Counted from the stretch's first letter, positions 36,137 to 48,611 are shown. The stretch is DNA of 64,000 bases from Octopus sinensis (GCF_006345805.1 NC_042997.1:166160001-166224000), one strand, 5' to 3'. Numbers and translations are program-made. Notes: generated by a model from the letters alone, not told the origin.

Positions 36137-39100
36137 TCATAGAATCATAGTCAAGGTGGCTTCGTCATTCATACGTGCCATCCTTGCTACATTCACCCAT
36201 CTTTTTTTAAAACATTCACTAGACAAAACTTGCCTCTCTACTCTCACTTTCCTCTTCAAGTGATACTTGAAGAAGTTGATGAGAGATTGACCAGAGAGGA
36301 AAGTGTTTGTCTCTAATCCTTTCAGGCGCGTCCACCAGATACATTCTTTCGCCATAGCCACAAATATGATAAAAATAGCTCTTCCTTCCCGTTTGAAGGA
36401 AGGAGGCGTGACGATATTAACGATAGACTCGGCTGATAAACCGACACGTCCCACACGTGACAGCAGTCGTTCGACATAAGTCCACAGGTCGGAAATTGCT
36501 GGACACTGCACGATTGCGTGCAGAGCGGTTTCGTCGCTCTGCCCGCATCTCGGGCAGGTCGGCCCCGTGTTTCTCGAGCCATGCCTATAGAGCTTATCCC
36601 GAACGGGTAGCGCTTCTCGGTAGCACCGCCAGGCCAGGGATCTCTGGAAGTTATCCATAGGTCCCGGGCCGAAAGTCGTTTGAAACAGGCGGGTCAGGTA
36701 TTCCTCGTCGACGCCCAGGTTTGCCCCAAGATCGTCGTCGTACCTCCCCTCCACTAATCCCCTATAGAATGCTTTGGTTGTGTTGAAGTCACTCAAGGTC
36801 GACTCGGGACGGCAGAGTTGCTTGAGAGCAACGCGACACTCGCGGTGCCATTCGCCATTCCTCGGCCTCTTTTTGATCCACGACTGCAGTTCGGTCATGG
36901 AGACAAGCTGCGGGAAAGCGTGCTTCACAAACGGCGACCACACCTGTTCACCGTCGTCTACATAGAGCCAGAGATGTCGCAGTCTCAGCGCGTGTCTGCG
37001 CATCATCAACCACGGCATGCCCAGCCCTCCTTTTAACGGGTGTTGACAGCAAATGGATCGCCTGACCATCGGGACGCATCCTTTCCACAAGAAGCGGAAG
37101 AGAATGCGTTCTAGTTTGGTGATGGTAGGGTCGGGACAAGGTACGACGGTTAGGCGGTAGTAGATGATGGACGCGATGTACGCGTTCGCCACCTCCGCCC
37201 GACCTTTTAGGGATAGTTTCCTCTCAGCCCATTGCTGGGCGAGAGTGACCAGCCTACTCGTTATCTCGTTCCAGTTCTTCTCCATTTGGAGGTCCGGACC
37301 GAACCAGACCCCGAGCAACTTAACCGGGCCGTCTGTCCAGCGTCCCACGACAGAGGTACTGGTGGACGGCATGGGTTTGCTTCTCCAGGTGCCGAGCCGC
37401 AAGCCCACTGACTTTTCCCGGTTGATTTTTGCTCCTGTCACCGCTTCGTAGTCTTTCAGTGTCTCGCCGACCCGCTCGATGTGCGCGTGGCTTGACACTA
37501 TGACGGTGACGTCGTCCGCGTATGCAGACACGCTCGTCCCGCCTCCTAATTCTCGCGGGATGCCCCTCAGAGTCGCCAGCTTCCGCAGTAGTGGCTCAAG
37601 AGTCAATACGTATAGAAGCGCCGAGAGGAGGCATCCCTGACGGACCGAACGTGCAATGTCGAAAGGTCTCGATAGATGTCCATTTACGCGAATTACCGAA
37701 CGGATGCCTCTGTACAAGGCAGCTATCCAGCCGCGGAAGACGGGACCGAAACCAGCCGCTCTCAGGACTGCCTCCAAGTATCGATGGTCTACCCTATCGA
37801 AGGCTTTCGATTGATCCAAGTTGATCAGGGCCCCACCCATGCCAGGTTCGTTAACTACCCTGTCTATGATGTAGCGCATCAGATGGAGGTTGTCATGGAT
37901 GCTCCGCCCGGCACGGCGCACGTTTGTGCGTTGTCGACCAGTTTCTCGATGACAAGCGCCAACCTCTTGGCTAACACCTTTGTCAAAATTTTCAGGTCTG
38001 CATTGAGCAGAGTGATTGGTCTAAAGTTATCTATAATGTTCCCCTTGTTTGGATCTTTCTTCAGCAGAGTTACAGCTCCTCGACTCACAAAACCGGGTAT
38101 GCTCCCGTTTTGCTGCCAGTTGCAGTATACCGCTGCCAAGACGTCTCCAAACAAGTCTGGCATACAATTGTAAAACTCGTAGGGCAGACCATCCAAACCC
38201 GGCGATTTGTCTCTCGAGCATTCTGCCATCGCGTCCCGCACATCCGCCGCCGTGATGGCACCTTCGCAGCCCTCTGCCTCTCTTGCCGAGAGTCGTGGTA
38301 GGCTGTGCAGGTAGGCACTGAAGTCCACCCTGCGTTCACGCTCACCACTCGTCCCGTACAGTCGGGCAAAGTGCCGCTGAAATGTCTCGCACATCTTGCT
38401 GGGCTCGAGCAATTCGCGCCCCTGTTCATCTACCAGAGACCGAATGGTGGCTTTGTTGCCCTGCTGCGCCTCCGCCACCCGGGCCTCCCTCGCGGCTCCA
38501 ACACCTTCCATCCTTAGAGCACGCATCGTAGCCCTGACAGCACACCCTTAGTGTTTGGCGTTGAAGTGTTGTTCAAGGGCCAATCTCGCCGCTAAAACGT
38601 CGGATGTGATGCCACTTCTTATTGCCTCTTCTAACTTCTTAACTAACTCACCCTCTACTCTATTTCTATCTATGGCTAGTGCCTTGCTATATCTAATTGC
38701 TTCCGCTTTTACTGCTCTCTTGAGGGCGAACCACCATTTGTTGTTGACAATGGCTCCCGTTAAAGCCCTTTTTACTAACGTGTTGATTCTGTCTCTGAAA
38801 ACTTGTCTGGACGGGAATGATGCGTTCAGTTTCCAGTACCCAGGACCCTGTCTATGTGCCTTATCTAAGTCTAGCGTACACGTCACCAATTTGTGATCCG
38901 TGTAGCTGACTGTGTGGAATTGTGGACATCCTAAGTTATCCTTGTCTACTGTCCTACACAGTATCCTATCTAGATACGATCTCGACGACCCACTGCGGTT
39001 GCTCCATGTCCACGTTGGTGCATTTGGGTGGTCGAGTCGGTACCTGTCAGACAGTTGGAATCGTCTGAGCAGGTCTCTGAGGCATTTGCATCCCCTTCTG

Positions 39101-39573
39101 TTTTTGTCTCTCCCCACATAGTCTAGATGTGTATCCAAGGTAGCATTCCAATCCCCCACTAAAAGTAAAGGACGATACGTTCCCAGGAATACTTCTAGAC
39201 GTCGAAAGAAATCCGGCCGACCTGTTAAAGGCGGTGCGTAGACTGATACGAGTCGAAAAGCGCACCCATTGCTGCCGTCGACATCCAGAACGATCAGTCT
39301 ACCCTCCGGGTCTACGAATATTGTCTTGACTTCGAGATCCAGGCTCTTGTGAAAAAGTACCGCGGTGCCACTACCGCCCATCCTCGGCAGACAGGGAGCG
39401 AAATAAATGTTAAACTGTCCGCCAAACATGGACTTTAGGGCCCGTGGCTCGTGGAGCCTGGTCTCACTTATGGCTATGATTCCCAAATCATGTGACTTGA
39501 TGTCATTTAGGAGGTATACTTGTTTCCAAGGAGACCCCAAGCCACGCGCATTCACACAACCAATCTTGACCAT
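36137..39573 (-). pseudogene. Tx1 ORF2: APE endonuclease, reverse transcriptase and C-terminal zinc knuckle (one in-frame stop at 38550-38548, one frameshift ~37915)
   Basis: GCVNARGL, AISETRL, VYAP, GDWNA, LDRI, TDHKLV; KSPGLDGLP, NFRPITLLNADLKI, LINLDQSKAFDRVDH, VRQGCLLS, YADD; CPRCGQSDETALHAIVQC. Confidence 0.95.
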
Positions 39574-39841
39574 GATTCTATTGGGGTGTGTGCTTTAAAA
39601 CACAAAAAGGAAAGTACAGAGAGTTACTTACTTGTGTCGAAAGTTTTGGCTTCCTCGTTGTTTGATGTGTCTTCGAGGTGGTTTTTATAAAGTTTTTGGG
39701 AGAGATGTTTTTGGAAACCCCCTACAGCATTTGGGAAGAGGGCTTTGAGTTTGTGGTGTTGTGTTTGTGTGATGTGTAGTATTTGGGTGGTGTAGTGCGT
39801 AGATGATTGCTATTTTTAAAGTCATCTTCACAAATGTTTGT

Positions 39842-41327
39842 TTAGCCTGTGATGTACTCCATTAGTTTGGAGTCTTTGGTGTCTATCGCTGATAGCATTG
39901 TGTGTGATTTTGTGGCGTTGGTGCTTGTTTGGTTGTTTATGGAGTTTTCGGGGTTCAGGCATCTCCCTGCTTTGGTTGCGATTTCTTGTTTGGTTTTTCT
40001 TGATCTTTTTCTTTTACCCCCTGTGGCTATTTGCCATTCTGTCGAACTTCCATCGTTAGATGAAAAGTCTGACGAATCAGCAGGGGGTAAGGGTAAAGCG
40101 TCTGGGTCTATTTGTGCGGTTGTAGATATTGTTGTAGTGCGCGGGGAGGGTGTTGCTGGGGGGTTTGTTGTGGTTATTGTCTCTCCTACATCCTTGGTGC
40201 TTGTCTTCTTCGTTGTTATTCTCGGTGTTGGAATTGGTTTAGTTGTTGTTGGTGGTGATGATTCTGTTCTTGGCGCTGGTGTTGGTGTTGTTTGGTTGGG
40301 TTGACTTGTTCTTTGTTGTTTTTCATGCATTTCTGCATACATCTTCTTGACTAGCCGTCCATATTGTGGTGTGGGCAATAATGCTGGCTTTTGTGGTTTT
40401 TCCTGTGGCTGTTGTTGTTGTAATTTAGCGGCAGATTTGCACTCCTTTTTTGGGGTGTGCCTCACTGCCACATGTATAGCATCGTGGCCTTCTGCCCTCG
40501 ACTACTACGTACAACTTGCGGCCATCCGCAAGATGTACGTGGGTGGGAATTTTGCTGATGTCGTCTTGACTTATGTGGAAGAGGAACTCCATTCTCTTTC
40601 CCAGCCAGTCCTTGTTTTTCGAAACACCGATATCTAGGATGTTTAAGTCCTCCATTTCGGATGTTATGGCGGATGTTATCCACAGTGTTGTTACTTGGGG
40701 GACATTATTGATAATGACCTTCGTCACCTTCTGGCCAAGGTAACTCGGTGTCATCGTTAGTTCATCAGAATGAAGGGTTATCGTTGAGAATTTCTTCGCC
40801 AACTCTTCATTCTGAAAAACCACCTGTACGTGGGCGAAAACTTGTTCGCCCAAGTCACATAATCCTTGTATCCCCAGATGGGGCGTAGGCACTTTTCTAT
40901 TTTGTCCGTGCTTGCCTTTTCTGGACTTTTAGTTGTTTTATTTGTTATTTTATAAACAATGGTTTTCTTTTTTTCCTCATTCAGTATGTGTTGTGGTGTG
41001 TGTAAGAGTATTTTGCCGTTTTCATTGGTGAGAAGGTTTCTGCAATCTTTTATTTGTTGTGTAGTAAACGAAACTCTTGTTACTTTTTCTTTTATCGCCT
41101 CGGCGAAGTTTGTTGTTGTTTTGTTATTGTTGTTACTGCCTGTAGTGTTGGTGTTGATGGCAGGGGTGTGGGTTGTAGGTTTGTGGTTGCTGATTATGCA
41201 ACTAGCAAGGGGTGGGAAATTGTCTGCGTAATTTAGTCCTGCATTAGCGCAAATTTCGGCATTTCGTTTGGTTGTCGTCGTTATTTTTTCACTTGTTGGT
41301 GATGGAGTGAGCAGTGGTTGAAGGGAA

Positions 41328-41359
<32 letters not shown>

Positions 41360-41878
41360 GTTGTTATTGTCGTTCTTGGTGACGGCGGTGGTGTTAGTGG
41401 TATTAGTAGCATTGACGGCATGGTCTTTGGTGGCGGTGATGGTGATGTTGGTATTGTTATTAGTGGCGATGTCTTTAGCAGGGATAGCAGTTTTAGTAGC
41501 AGATGCTGCCATGGTGTTGTTGTCGGTGTTGGTGGTGGACTCACTGGTGGTGTTGACGGTGCTTGGCCTTGCGACCTTTGTTTTGTATTTGTTGCTGTTG
41601 TCGATGCTGATGGTGGTGGTGGTGGTGGTGGTGGTGGTGGTGGTGGTGGTGGTGGTGAAAGCGGTGGTGGTAACAGTAGTAGTCTCTTTGTTGTTCTTGT
41701 TAGAGGTGGTGGTGGTGACAGGGCTGTTACTACAAGTGGTTGCAGCGTTTATTCCAAAATCATTTATGTTTGCACTTTGCGTGCACAAGTTCTTTTTTTC
41801 TCCTAGCGTTTCCAGACTAGGAAAATGATGGTCGATAGAGGAACGCGACCATCGTTCTAAAATACAATTTCTCGACAT
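39842..41878 (-). pseudogene. Tx1 ORF1: long Thr/Asn-rich N-terminus, RRM-like domain, CCHC knuckle, Thr/Pro-rich C-terminus (frameshifts ~40880, ~40450)
   Basis: Three overlapping ORFs; VQVVFQNEELAKK..YLGQKVTKVIINNVP; CYTCGSEAH..KKEC is restored by removing one A from an A6 run. The true end may lie nearer 39627. Confidence 0.85.
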
Positions 41879-43115
41879 TTTCAAAATGTCGAAAAGGAAA
41901 TTACACAAATTAAATAGGGTTGAAACTGCCCCTAGGGGCGAATTCCTCCCTTGGAAAAGCACTCAAACGAAAGTTGGGTGCCTTACACACCTTATTTACA
42001 AAAATGTACACAAAATATGGGCTATAGATAGTCAAAATAAACGATTACCTTCGGAGCCGAACTGACATCACGTCCGTCGATAGATAGATAGATAGACAGA
42101 TAGATAGATAGAGAGATAGATCTATGTATCAATTTGTCTATCTATCTATCTCTCGTATATCTTCCACGCACTTTCAATTTTCTGTTTGCTCACCAGTATG
42201 CTTGCTCACCACATCTGGCTTGCCATTGTGATTCTGAATAAACATATTAAAATGTAAATGTGATATCTATTCCTCAAATATACTGACTTACAAGACTTTC
42301 TATGAGAAACCCACACAGTTACCTCTAGGTTTTTGTTATCTTTCTCCAAAAGAAAATTTCCATCAGTTTCTTTTTTTTTTTTTTTTCTTCTCCTTTAGTT
42401 GTGGTTAGGACGTTATCATTTAGTCTCGCGCTTTAAATTAACTATTATATAAACAGGTTTGACTTAAATGGAACGAAGTTCGTGAGTTACTGTTTTGAAG
42501 CGTTTCTATTGTGACGTAATAATAGACAAAAATGATTTTTTAAAACGACATATCTACAACGATTTAGGAAACACCAACATTGTATTCATAGACTTTTACA
42601 ATCGTATGATCAACAGAAGCGAAGTCCCTACAAGTTTATAATCACGGACGGCACCGTGAATTATGTGATATCCAGGAAAGTATAAAGTGCATTTTTTTCT
42701 TCGGCATATATACACTCAAGTACACGCGCCCGCGCCCATTCATGCACACGCACAGTGGCACAATCACACATACATACAAACATGTATGCGCACACATAAA
42801 GAATACTCATATATATAAGTTTTTGCTAGCTGTCTTTCACTAAAAATTTCAGTTAACCGAGCATATATTGTTTCATCATTCAATATTTAATTATCATCGC
42901 CGAGGTCGACTTTGCCTTTCATCCTTTCGGGGTCGATGAATTAAGTACCAGTTGCGTACTGGAGTTGTTCTACTCGACTTACGCCCTCCCCAAAAATTTT
43001 GGGCCTTTTGCCTAGATTAAAAATGAATATTTAACTATCATATAAATAGGATTTCCTTAAATGGAACGCAGTTGTACTGTTATTGTTTTTAAATATTTCT
43101 AGTGCGATGTAATAA

Positions 43116-43300
43116 TGGTTTCAAGTCTTGACACAGGGTCAGTAAGTTTGGGAGAGGGATTAAGTTGATTACACTGACCGCGATAGGATGAAGGGAAAAG
43201 TCGACCTCGGCGGAATTTGAACTCAGACGGTAAGTACAGACGAAATACCCTTAAACATTTTGCCCAGCGTGCTAACGATTCTGCCAGCTCGGCGCCTATT
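43116..43300 (-). mobile_element. SINE family A copy with a 13-bp TSD
   Basis: TGCGATGTAATAA at 43103-43115 and 43301-43313. Confidence 0.9.
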
Positions 43301-43325
43301 TGCGATGTAATAAGAGTCACAGTTT

Positions 43326-43725
43326 AAGGCGGCGAGCTGGCAGAAATGTTAGCACGCCGGGCGAAATGCGTAGCCGTATTTCGTCTGCCGTCACGTTCTG
43401 AGTTCAAATTCCGCCGAGGTCGACTTTGCCTTTCATCCTTTCGGGGTCGATTAAAAAAGTACCAGTTACGCACTAGGGTCAATATAATCGACTTAATCCG
43501 TTTGCCTGTCCTTGTTTGTCCTCTCTGTGTTTAGCTCCTTGTGGGTAGTAAAGAAATAGGTATTTAGTTTGTCTTTACGTTCTGAGTTCAAATTCCGCCG
43601 AAGTCGACTTTGCCTTTCATCCTTTCGAGGTTGATAAATTAAGTACCAGATGTGTACTGGGGTCAATCTAATCTACTGGCCCCCTCCCCCCAAATTTCGG
43701 GCCTTGTGCCTAGAGTACAAAAGGA
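43326..43725 (+). mobile_element. SINE family A dimer (tail-1 monomer plus headless tail-2 monomer)
   Basis: Restart at GTATTTAGTTTGTCTTTACGTTCTGAG after AAAGAAATAG (~43560). Confidence 0.9.
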
Positions 43726-44355
43726 CTTGTAACTTACTAACTCCGCCTCTTTCTTCATTTCATTCTCGGTTTGAAAAAGTTTGGAAAATGGTTCTTCCCT
43801 CGAGCTTCGGCATTTGTTTTTGTCACAAAATTTTGCCAAGTAGTTGACTTTTTTCGGCCACTCTATTTATATTCAATATTTACTTATTTCAAACAGATGC
43901 GAAACTGCTAGTTCAATTTGCTTCTATGTGTGTGCATTGTTTTGCTGTTAAGCAAGTTATCACTTCCGCTAATGTCGCAAGGATTTATACTAAAAAGACT
44001 GAAATTATCATTAGTTTTTTTCTAAAAGACAAAAAAAAAAAGAAGTAATTTCCTTAAGTATTTTTGGTAAAAAGCCATAGCTTTTTTTTTTCTATTATGA
44101 GGGTGTGTTTAGTTGACATGTTTGTGTTGAATGTCACCTTAACTCAAAAAGCTTTTCCGTTTAATAAGTGATGAAAGTTAAAAGAAAACTTAGTCTTCAA
44201 TTTTCTTAAGTTAATTGCAAACGAATTAAAACAGAATAAGTCTTCAAATTTTTTCTTTAATATTCACAGAGTGCATCGGTGTTATGTGAGATGAAGTAAA
44301 GACTACATATCGGAAGTGAAACAGACGAACACACGAACACGAGCGCGCACGCAAA

Positions 44356-44392
<37 letters not shown>

Positions 44393-44974
44393 AGTGTGGC
44401 AGGCCAAAAAAAGAGAAAAATATAGAAAATGATGAAATAAGTTGCTAATCAAAATTGGAAAGAGCAGTTACGACGTTTCGAACATTTTCTTTCTCGGTGT
44501 AGAATGTGGAGCGAAAAGAGAGGAAAAAAACACGAGATAAAAATAAAAGGAAAAAGAATGAAGAAAAATATTTAGAAAATAAAAAATGCAATCTTGGCAG
44601 AAAAGCCACGTAGAGTTGATTTACATGCAGGCCGTTAACTTAGTGAAGTTAGATGGATAGAGGGATGATTGAATGGAATGATATCTGGACTAAATGGGGG
44701 TGTTTTTAGAAGACGGGTGTGAATGCAAGTGACACGTATGTCTGTGTATGTGACAGGGATGTCAAAAACTTTTTTTTTCTGTTTACGTGGTTGTGTGTCG
44801 TGTTTGCGCACGCGTGATGTGTGTATGTATGCGTGTGTGTGTGTGCGTGAATGTATATTTTTTTTATTTCATTTCGTCTAGTTTCAGCTCACGAGCTGTG
44901 GCCATGCTGGGGCACGATTATTTCGTGTTGCTACAAAATTTTACTTCACGAATGCTTTTTAGCAATTGACATTT

Positions 44975-45215
44975 AGTGCATGAGAGAGTTCGATGCAGCT
45001 GCCCTCATCTGCACCTCCTGCCGCGAAGTTGGTTCATTTGGGACACCTGACAGGAAGAGGTCCAGCTTTATTTTGAAGACACCTACATCCACCTCATGCA
45101 GGTCTCTCAGGTCCTTCGGGAGGATATTGAAGAGCTGTGGACCTCTGAAGCCCAGGCTATTGCAGTATCTTGTTCTGTGTGCACCTACTGGCCGTCGACT
45201 GACCGGAAATTGGAT
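44975..45215 (-). mobile_element. CR1/L2-group LINE 3' end
   Basis: NSLGFRGPQLFNILPKDLRDL..VDVGVFKIKLDLFLSGVPNEP..RAAASNSL. Confidence 0.75.
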
Positions 45216-45278
45216 GGCGAGCTTATGCGTTGTCTTACGTGTGTCTGTGTACGTATAGTATGTGTGCGTGTGTGTGTG

Positions 45279-45323
<45 letters not shown>

Positions 45324-45579
45324 CATGTATATGAAATGAATATTGTTTTGTTGAGTATAGCCAAGGGTTCATTGTGAGTGTGCAGACACGCATGTGCGCT
45401 TGTAGGTATTTGTGTATTGGTGACTTCATGTTAGACTGTAAAATGCATAAGTGAAAGTATAGCGTATGTATATGTAAGCAGTATATGCAGGGACGGGGAT
45501 TGATGTTCGAGGTGTTAAGGTGGGTGAACAGGTTTCGTAAATACATGCGTGTGTATGTGTGTGTGTGTGTGTGTGTGTA

Positions 45580-45965
45580 TTCTTTTACTCTTTCTTTTAT
45601 TCTTTTACACGTTTCAGTCATTTGACTGCGGCTGTGCTGGAGCACCACCTTAAAGGCTTTTAGTCGAAGAAATCGACCCCGAGACTTATTCTGTGTAAGC
45701 CTAGTACTTATTTTATCGGTCTCTTTTACGAGAGCATAAACGCACAAGCATCAGTTATCAAGCGATGATGGGGGACAAACAGACACACAGGCACAAATAT
45801 ACATATATGACGGGTTTGTTTCAGTTTCCGTCTACCAAATCCACTGACAAGGCTTGGGCTGCCATAGGCTATAGTAGAAGATACTTGCCCAAGGTGCCAA
45901 ACAGTGAGGCTGAACCCGGAACCATGTGGTTGGGAAACAAGCTTCTTGCCACACAGCCACGCCTG
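45580..45965 (-). mobile_element. SINE family B, near full length
   Basis: Reverse complement of head, CORE-like segment and GACTGAAAC..AAAAGAG tail. Confidence 0.85.
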
Positions 45966-46052
45966 TGGATACAACATACATATACTGATTCATACAAATA
46001 TATACATACATATACGTCATATACGTCAGTAAATATATGAAATACTAATACT

Positions 46053-46135
<83 letters not shown>

Positions 46136-46280
46136 CTGAAGGCCGGTTTATAGGGTTACCGTGGTTTTCTCGTCATAAAGGGTACCTTTATGGTTTATCT
46201 TAAGACCCTATCACCTGTTGACCTATGGTACCCTTTACGACGAGAAACCCAGGGTAACCCTATAAACCGGCCTTCACCAG
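46136..46280. mobile_element. 145-bp MITE with ~50-bp TIRs and TA flanks
   Basis: CTGAAGGCCGGTTTATAGGGTTACCGTGGTTTTCTCGTCATAAAGGGTACC versus GGTACCCTTTACGACGAGAAACCCAGGGTAACCCTATAAACCGGCCTTCACCAG. Confidence 0.85.
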
Positions 46281-46404
46281 TAATAAATATAGACTGCTCT
46301 TCTACTTAGAGCGTCCTTCTCCGGATTTACATTTTTCTAAAAAAAAACAATATAAATATATATATGCGTAACTACATATAAACATATATATGTAACTACA
46401 TGTA

Positions 46405-46572
46405 GATTTCTTTCCCCCGTCTTCCTTTTCTCTTGGACTTGCCTCCGTCTCCTGTTTCTGAAGAAGAGCTTTGCTTAATACGTAAAACACCCTCTCTTTC
46501 CTTCCCTGGACGTCTTTTAAAACTTTGAAAGTACCACGTCCTCGCGTTGTTATTTTATTTTTTACACTTGTT
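46405..46572 (+). mobile_element. Hammerhead-bearing (TA)n-tailed repeat type Y, decayed ribozyme at 46453-46489
   Basis: TGTTT-CTGAAGA-A-GAGC-TTT-GCTT-AATA-CG-TA-AAACA; tail shared with 10335-10520. Confidence 0.7.
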
Positions 46573-46577
46573 TGGAT

Positions 46578-46650
<73 letters not shown>

Positions 46651-46995
46651 TATATATATAGTCGAATACACCTGTTGTTATGTTCTGCTATTATTGTATT
46701 TGTATTTGTGTAACATGGTCCGTCTTTTTTCCGTCCTTGTTTTTGTATACATTTGCTGCTTTCTTCCAAGGAATCTAATGCTCTTAGCTTAGTTTTTCCA
46801 TGGGGCTGGCCAGATTGGAGCAATCTCAAGTATAATCAGCCGAAATTGCGAAGATAATCTGGTACTTGACTGAGGAAAGAAAACATCGAATGACCCGTCC
46901 CTGTTTTCTTTATATCATCTATCTGGATGTTTTGTTGCCCCATTTTTGTATCACCTAACTGTCCAGATGTTTTGCGTTCTTGTCCCATTTTGTAT

Positions 46996-47089
<94 letters not shown>

Positions 47090-47243
47090 ATATGGGTGCA
47101 GAACGTCACCAACTGTAAGCAACAGGAAATACGGAAAGAAGCGAATCATTGCTCTAAATGAGGAGTAGATAGATAGCCGACAACTGATGAAGAGTCCTTC
47201 TTTGTGTTACTTGTCCTGTTTTCAAATTTCTTTCGTTGTTTGC

Positions 47244-47290
<47 letters not shown>

Positions 47291-47509
47291 ATACTGTTGT
47301 GTCTGGGGAGAGTCATTCTCTTTTAGTGCCTTATTATTTAACACACTCACCGGTAAAATTTCCACTTATTTCTTATTTTTATTTTCAAAAGTTTTCGTTG
47401 CGTCTTGCAACCTTTTCAATAGTCTAGAATGACTCTCCCAGACACAACAGAATATGCTTCAACACACGAACTCATATAAAGAATCTTGCAAACCAAATCC
47501 CAAAAGGAA

Positions 47510-47591
<82 letters not shown>

Positions 47592-47703
47592 ATATATATA
47601 TATGCATATATATATATATATATAATATATATATACATACATATACACATATATATATATATATTACATAATAAATATTGTAGAGATAGATAGACAGACA
47701 GAC

Positions 47704-47758
<55 letters not shown>

Positions 47759-47762
47759 ATAA

Positions 47763-47875
<113 letters not shown>

Positions 47876-47893
47876 AGATAGATAGAATAAATA

Positions 47894-47989
<96 letters not shown>

Positions 47990-48611
47990 GCAGGCGGAAG
48001 ACAGGCAGGCAGGCAGGCAGACAAATACACTGATAAACAGACAGACAGACAATTTTTGTTTATTTTCCGTTACAAAAACATTTATAAGTTCTCATTATAA
48101 CCTAGAAAAGGAAGTGTGTAGAGTCTGAAACATGCTATTTCATATACACCTGCATATCCGGCGTGTGTGTGTGTGTGTGTGTGTGTGCTCGCGCGTTTAC
48201 GAAATCATTCTGAATGTTACTGATAACATGCTATCCAGTACAGTTTGTGTTATATGGTCGGGTCGTCAGCGTCTAAACCGGAAACCCAGCAGGACGAGAA
48301 CAGGACCAGTCAAAAGAACAGATGAACCCAGCATTGGGTCGGCAACTAAGAATCAACAGACACTAGCAAAGCATGATTAAACATATTCATAAGCCACAAA
48401 CATAGCATCAGGTGGTTTTATACGTCACGTTGCGGTTACATATGTTATTTTGTCTATTACGGTTTATTTCTGCGATCCACTTAGGCGCTTACGACATATG
48501 TCCCGGTTCTTTATGTTCTAAGTTCAAACCCTGCCGAGGTTAACTTTGTCTTTCATTTTTTACGGGGTCGATAAAATAGAGTACCAGTATCATACTGGGG
48601 ATTGATGGTAT

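Larger units (their letters stand above)
35800..42078 (-). mobile_element. Near-intact full-length Tx1/L1-clade non-LTR retrotransposon (~6.3 kb)
   Basis: ORF1 and ORF2 (APE-RT-CCHC), 3' UTR with AATAAA at 35812-35807, GATA repeats on both flanks. Confidence 0.95.

Noticed and set aside
39593-39631. 39-nt GT-AG mini-intron fusing ORF1 to ORF2
   Set aside because: Very short, and removing it leaves the ORF2 ATG out of frame with the upstream reading.
36322-41828. Plus-strand and alternate-frame ORFs overlapping the Tx1 element
   Set aside because: Shadow ORFs of a GC-richer coding strand; no independent motifs.
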